Below are positions 48,168-56,104 of a DNA stretch of 64,000 nucleotides, piece after piece. The DNA lies in contig CAVYBO010000001.1 of NCBI GenBank assembly GCA_963766885.1, positions 4,352 to 68,351 of the forward strand, in the 5' to 3' direction. Source of the stretch: an uncultured bacterium (GTDB taxonomy: Bacteria; Patescibacteriota; Minisyncoccia; Phycocordibacterales; CAIRYW01). Every line of letters begins with the position of its first letter. The stretch's first letter is position 1. The position numbers and the translations under genes are program-made. Under the pieces are notes generated by a model that saw only the letters and a list, made by a program, of their open reading frames with translations, made no database searches and was not told the DNA's origin.

Positions 48168-49514
48168 ATGAAAAAAATAACCTATCGATATCACCACCGA
48201 GGGGTCGTTACCGGAGGTATTTACCCACCGGACCGATTTCTCTACACGGATCCAAAGACAGGAGAGATCTTGCTTGTGGAAAGGGATGAAACCTACATCA
48301 AGCGGAAAATTGGCACTGGGCGCGACGCACAAAATCATTTCGACGGACTTCGGTTTGGACCGCAGCGTCGGAATTATCCGAACAACTCGGGTGTCTGGCT
48401 CTGGAGGCAATTCATTCTCCCAGGTTTTCCGAAAGAGGCAATTGTCTCCTTGAACGAAGGTCAGACGGATCTTTTCGAGGTTCCCGGCTGGCTGAAAAAG
48501 GAGATTGGTCTCAACAACCTCTTCATCAAGATGGAGGGGCGGTCGCCGAGCGAGAGCTTCAAAGACAGGGGAATGCCTGTGGCGGTGTCGGACGCACTCC
48601 GACTCCAGCTTCTCAATCCGGAACATCCGATCGTCGGAGTGTGTTGTGCTTCCACCGGGGATACTTCGGCTGCGGCGGCAATATATGCTGCTTACTGTCG
48701 GGACAAACTTTCCTGCGTGGTCTTACTTCCGTTTGAGAATATTTCAGACTCGCAACTCTTTCAGGCTATTGCTCACCGCGCCAATGTCATTGCGGTAAAG
48801 CACCCTGACGGTTTTGATGGCTGTATGTATCTCATCAGGGAGTTTCAAAGAGACCATCCGGAATATGTTCTCGTCAACAGCGCGAATGACATGCGCGTCG
48901 TGGGACAGGAGACTATCGGACTCGAGATCATTCAGGACTTGGAGTGGAAGGCTCCGGACTGGATTGCGATTCCCGTCGGTAACGGCGGTAATCTCACTGC
49001 ACTCATGATCGGCCTGCTCCGGGCAAAAGAGTTCGGTCTGATTGATCGTCTGCCGGGCATCATCGCGGCCCAAACCGAATCTGCCGATACTCTGGTGCGC
49101 TGGCAAGGAAGCGGCTATCAGCAGTATCAACCGGGAAAGTTGCAAAAGTCCGTGGCAACCGCCATGAACATCAACGATCCGGTTTCCTTTCCGCGCATCA
49201 AATCTCTTCACGATCAATTCAACATCCACTTCATTGCGGCTGGCGAATTTCAGATCAAGAAAACATGGGCGCGGTTCATGGGAGCGGGTGCAAACATCTG
49301 TCCACAGAGCGCTGTTGCTCTTTCGGCGGTGTTGCAAGCGCGAGCAGTCGGAGTGGTCAAAGAGGACGACATGATCGTTTCAATTTCTACGGCGTCTGGG
49401 ATTAAGTTTTCGGAGGCTGGAATAGCGTGGCACAAGTCTGCTGTTGACGATTCTTGTAACCCATACAAGGTGGTCTCCGGCAATCTGCACGAAATTGAAG
49501 CGGCGCTAAAGTAG
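48168..49514 (+). CDS. thrC: threonine synthase (cassette 12)
   Basis: SLNEGQT, SFKDRG PLP lysine, CASTGDTSAA, PVGNGGN, STASGIKF. Confidence 0.9.
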   Translation: MKKITYRYHHRGVVTGGIYPPDRFLYTDPKTGEILLVERDETYIKRKIGTGRDAQNHFDGLRFGPQRRNYPNNSGVWLWRQFILPGFPKEAIVSLNEGQTDLFEVPGWLKKEIGLNNLFIKMEGRSPSESFKDRGMPVAVSDALRLQLLNPEHPIVGVCCASTGDTSAAAAIYAAYCRDKLSCVVLLPFENISDSQLFQAIAHRANVIAVKHPDGFDGCMYLIREFQRDHPEYVLVNSANDMRVVGQETIGLEIIQDLEWKAPDWIAIPVGNGGNLTALMIGLLRAKEFGLIDRLPGIIAAQTESADTLVRWQGSGYQQYQPGKLQKSVATAMNINDPVSFPRIKSLHDQFNIHFIAAGEFQIKKTWARFMGAGANICPQSAVALSAVLQARAVGVVKEDDMIVSISTASGIKFSEAGIAWHKSAVDDSCNPYKVVSGNLHEIEAALK

Positions 49515-49618
49515 GTAATTGCAAACTCGGTTTGCTGCGCAGATTAAACGCTGCGCAATTTTTATTATTTGAATATTCCTTGTAATTTTAAATGTAAAAT
49601 GTATAGTTTTGTCTGAAT

Positions 49619-49885
49619 ATGAATATAAGCCTTGGAGCACTTTTACGTTCATCCACGGAGGGAAAAGAATCCGTCGAAGTGGCGGGCGGCACTGTCAAGG
49701 AAGCAATCGCCGATCTTAATCGCCAGTTTCCTGGCTTGCAAGATCGCATTTGCAAGGAGGGCAAGATCAGCCGGCACGTCATTTTCTACGTCAATGATGA
49801 GGACATTCGTTTTCTCGATGGCGAGGATACCGTTCTCAAGGAAAGTGACGAGCTTTCCCTTATGGCAGCCGCCGCTGGTGGCTAA
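49619..49885 (+). CDS. MoaD/ThiS/CysO-type ubiquitin-like sulfur carrier (cassette 12)
   Basis: YVNDEDIRFLDG..T.L...D, C-terminal AGG. Confidence 0.9.
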   Translation: MNISLGALLRSSTEGKESVEVAGGTVKEAIADLNRQFPGLQDRICKEGKISRHVIFYVNDEDIRFLDGEDTVLKESDELSLMAAAAGG

Positions 49886-49936
49886 AACAATTCTTTATTT
49901 CGAACGAACAACTCGCGATGCAAAGCGAGTATTTTT

Positions 49937-50034
49937 TTATTTAAAACCCGCAATCAATTTTAATTTTTCTCTCACGCCAGCCATATATTCTTGATCTGAA
50001 AGAATTGTTATAAAAGGGTAACCGTAGTCGCCCA
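49937..50034. repeat. cassette end arm type 2 (junction 12)
   Basis: homologous to 38980-39077, ends TAGTCGCCCA. Confidence 0.9.
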
Positions 50035-50103
50035 TCAATGATTTTTCCTGAAATATCCTTACTAGACTTAGACTTTTCAGTTCTAACCTGTTAGGCTTTT
50101 GGT

Positions 50104-50622
50104 ATGAAAAAGATTTACATAACAGGAGTTTCTGGAACTGGTAAAACAACCCTAGCAAAAGAGCTAGAGAAAAAAGGATTTTACACTATCAGCATTGATG
50201 AGGTTGATAATTTATGTTCGTGGGTCAATCAAGAGACTGGTAAGAAGGACGGAGGAAAGAACACAGAACTGACATTGGAGTTCGTAGATAAGCACGACTG
50301 GATTTGTGATATTGAATACTTAAATAAGCTTTTAGATAAAGATGTTGATACGGCATTCGTCTTAGGTATGGCAGGAAATCAAAATGATTTTTTGCATATC
50401 TTTGACAAAATTTTACTCCTACAATGTAGTCCAGAAACTTTTTGTAAAAGAATTGAAAACAGAACTGATAATGAATTTGGTAAAGACCCGAAAATTCAAC
50501 AACAAATTTTAGCTCGTTATAAACCATATGCAGAGGAGATGATAGCAAAGGGTGCGATTTCAATTAACACCGAAAATTCTGTGGATGAGGTTGTTGAGGA
50601 TGTTCTTAAACAAACTATATAA
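50104..50622 (+). CDS. P-loop nucleotide kinase-like protein (cassette 13)
   Basis: IYITGVSGTGKTT, FDKILLL, R...R..NEFGK. Confidence 0.85.
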   Translation: MKKIYITGVSGTGKTTLAKELEKKGFYTISIDEVDNLCSWVNQETGKKDGGKNTELTLEFVDKHDWICDIEYLNKLLDKDVDTAFVLGMAGNQNDFLHIFDKILLLQCSPETFCKRIENRTDNEFGKDPKIQQQILARYKPYAEEMIAKGAISINTENSVDEVVEDVLKQTI

Positions 50623-50652
50623 AAGAAAGATTACAAAGATTCGGAAAAAGCT

Positions 50653-50719
50653 GGAATATAAATTGTCGCATCATCTAACCTCTCAAAAACAGTTCTAACA
50701 TCCTCTACTACGTCGCCCA
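50653..50719. repeat. cassette end arm type 1 (junction 13, distal end)
   Basis: 67-bp copy; last in window. Confidence 0.95.
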
Positions 50720-50730
50720 GTAAAAAATAA

Positions 50731-51087
50731 TTAATTTTTTCCAAGATCTTCGGGATTTTCTGTGTCTGGCGGAAGCATCTTATCCCTTAGGCCCCAGGAC
50801 TTGTCTTCTACGATTTCAGATTCGTTTGAAAGTCCCTTAATTGTGTTTGTACAAGCATGAAGTTGCTTCATAATCTCCTGAAGTTTTTCGTTTGCTCCTG
50901 GAATTCTACCTCCAGAATCTGCCAGCTCCATTTGAAGAACATTAAATTCTTCTAAAGCTTTTTGAAATTGTTCTGATTTTTCTGACAAGCCTGCGTTTAT
51001 TTGCTGGAGCAAAGAAGCTAAATCGGCTAATCTTTTTTCAAAAGAGTTTGTTACTATTTCTTCAAATTTGTTTTCTTCTTGATTCAT
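50731..51087 (-). CDS. hypothetical coiled-coil protein
   Basis: 118-aa ORF. Confidence 0.6.
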   Translation of the reverse strand: MNQEENKFEEIVTNSFEKRLADLASLLQQINAGLSEKSEQFQKALEEFNVLQMELADSGGRIPGANEKLQEIMKQLHACTNTIKGLSNESEIVEDKSWGLRDKMLPPDTENPEDLGKN

Positions 51088-51122
51088 ATTATTTTAATTA
51101 TACACATCTATAAAAAATTCGC

Positions 51123-51347
51123 TCAGGCCTTAGGCTTGAGCGACAGAGCTTTGAGATTCTCATAGATTTTCCTTCGAAAGTTCATGTATTTGATAGTTGC
51201 CTGAAGCAGAGAGATATTTTCACTCATTGCAATAGACAGTATCTGCGTCATTATTACAATCTCACCATCTTTCAATCCCATACACTCCAAATCCTTGGCG
51301 AATTCCAAAATGTCGGAGTAAGTCATCGTTTTTAGATCTAGACTCAT
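51123..51347 (-). CDS. hypothetical protein
   Basis: 74-aa ORF. Confidence 0.5.
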   Translation of the reverse strand: MSLDLKTMTYSDILEFAKDLECMGLKDGEIVIMTQILSIAMSENISLLQATIKYMNFRRKIYENLKALSLKPKA

Positions 51348-51402
51348 TCTATAAAAACCTTATTAAAAAAACACAATCTTAGCAATCTGCTATAATAATT
51401 TT

Positions 51403-51633
51403 ATGAATATAATAATTTATACAAAAACAGGATGTCCTTGGTGCAAAGGGGCTTTGGATTTTTTAAAAGAAAAAAATATTCCATTTGAGGAAAGAGAAGT
51501 GAGAGGAAACAAGGAATATTTTGATGAATTAGTTGCAAAGTCTGGACAGGACAAAACACCTACGCTTGATATTGACGGATTTATTTTGGCAGATTCAGAC
51601 AAAGATCAGATCGAAAAATACTTAAAAACTTAG
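51403..51633 (+). CDS. glutaredoxin family protein
   Basis: IYTKTGCPWC, SGQ.KTP. Confidence 0.92.
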   Translation: MNIIIYTKTGCPWCKGALDFLKEKNIPFEEREVRGNKEYFDELVAKSGQDKTPTLDIDGFILADSDKDQIEKYLKT

Positions 51634-51735
51634 ACCCAAACTGAGTTTGGGTCTTTTGTGGGGGATGAGAATAATGAAAAATGTGCTTCTCACCATTGTA
51701 GACGTAAGTATAAACAAAATCTTACAGAGAAGAAA

Positions 51736-52806
51736 TCAAAGAATCGGTTCGTACTCTTTTTTTCTGAAAAAGTATCCTTCTACTGAATTATTGTCGTAGC
51801 CATACATCACCAAAGCAATTGGAATGCCAATAAGGATTATGTGAGGCCACACGACTTCACCAAAGAAATAAAGTGAGAGCATCAGCCAGAATTCAAAGAA
51901 AAGTGCAGCAAAGCGGATTTCAATTCCTAAAATAATAAATGTGCCGATTAGTATTTCTATAATTGCCGCGCCAAGGACAAGAAAATGAGGTTCAAATCCC
52001 AAAATCTTATCCAGGTGATATTTCTCAACTGTAAAAAGGCCGAGATTGTTGTAAACCACTTTGGCATATGCAGAAGCAAAAATAAGCGAGATGCCAAAAC
52101 AGACGCGCAGTATTGCAAAGCTTTTTGGCGCTACAAAGTCAGAAATTTTCTGGAATAGAGAATTTGGATCCCTGTTAATAACTTTATTTTTTGAAAAATA
52201 ATTATCAAGACTCCAATTGTGCGCGCCAAGCACAAGAAGCACGATAATCTCACCTAGATAGTTTATGTAGGTTAGCATATACCATCCGTGGAACCAGACG
52301 GCAACGCAGTACATGCAAAGAGCGATAAGCGCTGCCAGCCTGGCAAAAAATCCGGTAATTGTCAGGATGCCGATTATGACAAGAATGGCAGTAATAATAG
52401 GTGCAAGCGATCCATAGGTATTTACCAGAGGCAGTTCAGGTCCGTAGCTTGCCTGATAATATGCAGCAGCCAAAAAAGAAAGGCCGACAGTCACTCTGGC
52501 AACAAACGGCGCATAAGGGCGCAGCTTAATAAAAATTGGATCAATAATACGCTCAAGAAATCGCATGATTGAGATAAAAAAGACACAGAAGATCGCGAGA
52601 ATACAAATGAATGCCCAGAAAATAAATTCGTGCAAATTTTTAAGAGCCACTGCAAGCATATTGAAAGGCGGCATGCCGACAGCTTTGGCAATTTCAGCGG
52701 AACTCAAAACATAGACTTCATGTGCGGAAACAAGAATTGGAAAAAGCATAGTAAAAAAGCTTGCAAAGAAAACTATGATTTTTTTCTTGCTGGCAGAAAA
52801 TTTCAT
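51736..52806 (-). CDS. DoxX-like multi-pass membrane protein
   Basis: AHEVYV N-terminus, duplicated DoxX-like TM modules. Confidence 0.75.
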   Translation of the reverse strand: MKFSASKKKIIVFFASFFTMLFPILVSAHEVYVLSSAEIAKAVGMPPFNMLAVALKNLHEFIFWAFICILAIFCVFFISIMRFLERIIDPIFIKLRPYAPFVARVTVGLSFLAAAYYQASYGPELPLVNTYGSLAPIITAILVIIGILTITGFFARLAALIALCMYCVAVWFHGWYMLTYINYLGEIIVLLVLGAHNWSLDNYFSKNKVINRDPNSLFQKISDFVAPKSFAILRVCFGISLIFASAYAKVVYNNLGLFTVEKYHLDKILGFEPHFLVLGAAIIEILIGTFIILGIEIRFAALFFEFWLMLSLYFFGEVVWPHIILIGIPIALVMYGYDNNSVEGYFFRKKEYEPIL

Positions 52807-52875
52807 TGGCTTAATTCTACATTAGTGCGAGGTTTAATAAAAGATTGGAATTTTTAAATTTGATATACTTTCCTT

Positions 52876-53310
52876 ATGAAATATTCAGATTTTTTAGAAC
52901 AAAACAAGGACCGAACCTGTCCATTTTGTAGTATCAAACCAGATGAAAAATTTTTGGAAAACGAATCTGCTTTTTTGACATACGCTCTGGCTCCGTACCA
53001 CAAAGATCATTTGCTTGTCGTTACAAAACGACACTTTGACCAGCTTTTGGATGCTACACCGGAAGAAGCCAAAGATATTGATGAACTTGAAAGCAAAGGC
53101 ATAAAAATCCTGCACAATTTGGGGTACAAGAATATTTCAATAATTGTCAGAGAGGGAGAAGACACGGGTAAAAGTGTTGAGCACATTCACTATCACATTA
53201 TTCCAGACACTCGGATTGGGGACTTGGATCACGACAATGATGCGCGGCCAATTCTTAGCAGCGAGGAAATTGAAGCACTTGGGAAGCGAATCAGATCTGT
53301 AATTTCTTAA
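52876..53310 (+). CDS. HIT family hydrolase
   Basis: CPFC, HLLV, HIHYHIIP. Confidence 0.92.
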   Translation: MKYSDFLEQNKDRTCPFCSIKPDEKFLENESAFLTYALAPYHKDHLLVVTKRHFDQLLDATPEEAKDIDELESKGIKILHNLGYKNISIIVREGEDTGKSVEHIHYHIIPDTRIGDLDHDNDARPILSSEEIEALGKRIRSVIS

Positions 53311-53318
53311 ATAGATTT

Positions 53319-54413
53319 ATGAATAGATACTTTATTTTCATCGCGCTGTTTATTATCTTGTACATTCTTGCGGTAATGCATTTTGTTGTATTTGAGGGAA
53401 TTATTCTTGGCTTTTTGATAAAAAATTCGACTGTGGTTTTAGGAGTCAAAATATTTTTTTCTGTTATGACATTGAGTTTTGTTTTAGCTTCGGTTTTGAC
53501 CAGGAATTTTAATAATCTTTTTACTCGTTGGCTTTATAGGGTTTCTGCAGTATGGCTCGGATTTCTTTTCTATTTTTTTCTGGCTTCTGTAATCTATATT
53601 TTGTATTTGGCAGCATTTCCAGTTTCCATCTATTTTGCAGGTATTCTTTTTGTCATAGCGTTTTTGATAAGCATTTACGGATTGGTTCATGCCAATTCAA
53701 TCAAAATCAAAGGGGTGAATATCACACTTCAAAATCTGCCGGAAAATTGGATTGGAAGAAAAGCTATGTTTGTGAGCGATGTCCATTTAGGTCAGGTGCG
53801 AGGCAGAAACTTTGCCGTAAAAGTTTGCAAGGAAATAGGAAAAATAAATCCAGATATTGTTTTTATCGGCGGAGATATGTTTGACGGAGTGAAAGTTGAT
53901 GAAGAAAAAATTGTGGAACCTTTTTCGCAAACCCATCCTCCTCTTGGAATTTATTTTGTTTCCGGAAACCATGAAGAATTTGAAGATAATTCAAAATATC
54001 TTTCAGCGCTTGGCAACGCTGGAATAAAAGTTCTGGAAAATGAAGCGGTTGATGTGGAGGGTGTACAAATTATTGGTGCTGACTATCAGACTACCGATTC
54101 TAGAGAAAAATTTGAAAATGTTTTAAATAAAATACAAATTGATTATTCCATTCCAAGCATTCTTTTGAAGCACGTGCCGATGCATATTGATGTTGCGGAG
54201 AAAAAAGGAATTTCACTTCAGCTTTCTGGACATACTCACAAGGCTCAAGTTTTTCCCTTTAGTCTGCTTACACCTTTTATTTTTAAAGGCTTTGATTATG
54301 GGCTTAAAAACTCTGGTAATTTGCAAGTTTACACTTCAAGCGGGGCGGGCACTTGGGGTCCGCCTCTTCGAGTTGGCACGGATTCGGAAATTGTCAGTAT
54401 CATTTTTAATTAA
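53319..54413 (+). CDS. membrane-anchored metallophosphoesterase
   Basis: SDVH, GGDMFD, GNHE, SGHTH motifs. Confidence 0.92.
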   Translation: MNRYFIFIALFIILYILAVMHFVVFEGIILGFLIKNSTVVLGVKIFFSVMTLSFVLASVLTRNFNNLFTRWLYRVSAVWLGFLFYFFLASVIYILYLAAFPVSIYFAGILFVIAFLISIYGLVHANSIKIKGVNITLQNLPENWIGRKAMFVSDVHLGQVRGRNFAVKVCKEIGKINPDIVFIGGDMFDGVKVDEEKIVEPFSQTHPPLGIYFVSGNHEEFEDNSKYLSALGNAGIKVLENEAVDVEGVQIIGADYQTTDSREKFENVLNKIQIDYSIPSILLKHVPMHIDVAEKKGISLQLSGHTHKAQVFPFSLLTPFIFKGFDYGLKNSGNLQVYTSSGAGTWGPPLRVGTDSEIVSIIFN

Positions 54414-54507
54414 TCTATCCAAAGTTTCTTCTTGTGTTTTCTTAGTTTTGTTGTATAAATTGAAAGCAAATGCCAAGCAATATGTTTGGCAAACAGTTTT
54501 TTAACTT

Positions 54508-54987
54508 ATGAATAAAAATAAGATTGCAAATATCTTAGGACAATTGCTGTTGATGACGGAAAGAACCAGAGAATTCGGGTGTGAACTAGATGATCTGGTT
54601 GTGGCAATTTGTTGGGCGGAACTGATCCACGAAAAAACTTTTACAATAGAAGGTTATTGCGAAAGCAAGGAGTGGAGAGTCTGTCAGGGGTGCGCCGGTG
54701 TGCATCCTATAACGGTTGGGTTTGACGTTGTAGCTCTTTATCCTGGAGGTAAAGAGAGATCTTCGACTGCAAGTGTGATGAGAACGCTTGGAGTGAATCA
54801 TGGTGTTGGTCACTATAGGCCTCCGTTTTCGTGGATAATCGCTGAGAAATCTTACTACATTGAATGGCTTACTTTTGATTCGAGCATTGGTTTGGGAAAT
54901 GTGCTCGGTGCCCTGGATCTGGAATTAAACTGCAGGAAGGTTTTCATCGGATATCCGGAGCACGCCGTTCATTATGTTGGTTTGTAG
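54508..54987 (+). CDS. hypothetical protein
   Basis: 159-aa ORF with downstream hairpin+T run. Confidence 0.55.
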   Translation: MNKNKIANILGQLLLMTERTREFGCELDDLVVAICWAELIHEKTFTIEGYCESKEWRVCQGCAGVHPITVGFDVVALYPGGKERSSTASVMRTLGVNHGVGHYRPPFSWIIAEKSYYIEWLTFDSSIGLGNVLGALDLELNCRKVFIGYPEHAVHYVGL

Positions 54988-55043
54988 GAGCTGGCGCATT
55001 AGCGCCAATTTTTTTTGTCCAAAATATGTGATAAAGTTTCAAT

Positions 55044-55958
55044 ATGGTAAAAAGCAGTCCAAAAATACTTGACGGCAAAAAGCTTTCCGAAGAAATAGCC
55101 AAATCGCTAAAGAAAAAAATATCTTTATTAAAGGGCCTGCCAACACTTGCGATTATTCAAGTTGCCGACGAAAAGGCTTCAAATTCATATATTGCAAGAA
55201 AAAAGAGTTTTGCAGACAAAATTGGCGCCAAAGTCCATCATATTGTCTTGTCAAAAAACATTTCAAATCAGGCGCTTATCGATTTGATTAAAGAATTGAA
55301 TGCAAGAGAGGATATTCACGGAATTATTGTCCAGTTGCCGATTCCAAAACAGCTAAATAGATATGAGATTATGGAATCAATTGATCCTCTCAAAGACGTG
55401 GATGGATTAAATTCCAAAAACGCCGGACTCCTTTACGAATCTGCTTTTGGCGGACAAGATCCTCGCAAAGTTCCGCAAGGTTTGCTTCCGGCTACAGCCA
55501 AAGGAGTTTTAACGCTTCTGAAAAAAAATAAAATTCAATTGGAAGGAAAACGCGCTCTTGTAATTGGCAGGTCACTTTTGGTTGGCAAGCCAGTTGCGAT
55601 GCTTTTGATTCGTGAAAATGCAACAGTTACAATTGCTCACAGAAAGACTAAAAATTTGAAAGAGCTTTGTAAAGAAAGCGATATTATTATTGCTGCGGCA
55701 GGAAAAGCAGGGCTTATTGGAAAAGATAGTTTGAAGAAAGGGCAGGTGGTTGTGGATGTTGGCACAAACGCTGTAAAAGGCCCAAAGACAATTGAAGAAG
55801 TGGCCAAGACAAAAATGGTTGGAGATGTGAATTTTGAAGAAGCCAAGAAGATCGTGGCGGCAATTTCTCCTGTGCCTGGAGGAGTAGGGCCAATGACTGT
55901 AGTGTCGCTTTTTGAAAATTTAGTTGAAGCGTATAATTTAAATGCTCGGAGCCAGTAA
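55044..55958 (+). CDS. folD: methylenetetrahydrofolate dehydrogenase/cyclohydrolase
   Basis: GIIVQLP, KDVDGL, GRSLLVGKP, PVPGGVGPMTV. Confidence 0.96.
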   Translation: MVKSSPKILDGKKLSEEIAKSLKKKISLLKGLPTLAIIQVADEKASNSYIARKKSFADKIGAKVHHIVLSKNISNQALIDLIKELNAREDIHGIIVQLPIPKQLNRYEIMESIDPLKDVDGLNSKNAGLLYESAFGGQDPRKVPQGLLPATAKGVLTLLKKNKIQLEGKRALVIGRSLLVGKPVAMLLIRENATVTIAHRKTKNLKELCKESDIIIAAAGKAGLIGKDSLKKGQVVVDVGTNAVKGPKTIEEVAKTKMVGDVNFEEAKKIVAAISPVPGGVGPMTVVSLFENLVEAYNLNARSQ

Positions 55959-56104
55959 AACTGAGGGAATACGCGCGACTTTTGCGGAGCAAAACGAAGT
56001 GCGTGTTTCCGAAGTTTGGTAGCCTTGGGATCACAGTCTTCGTTCGCCTACGGCGAAGTCGTCTGTAATCCCTCGGCTAATTATCAACTAAACAAATTAA
56101 ATAT

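Larger units (their letters stand above)
31134..50719. mobile_element. tandem array of 13 gene cassettes integrated at tRNA-His 3' end
   Basis: 13 junctions ending in GTCGCCC(A) with conserved upstream arms, recurrent downstream arms and unrelated cargo of mixed GC. Confidence 0.85.

Noticed and set aside
31925-50719. CRISPR array interpretation of the recurring repeat
   Set aside because: Intervals are 0.45-4.9 kb and contain whole genes; repeats are 67-98 bp, end in a tRNA core, and no cas genes are present.
31134-50719. Classical integron (intI/attC)
   Set aside because: No IntI-like ORF; junctions are direct repeats of a tRNA 3' end rather than RYYYAAC...GTTRRRY palindromic attC sites.
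31134-50719. Prophage or IS-derived island
   Set aside because: No structural, replication or transposase genes and no terminal inverted repeats with target-site duplications.
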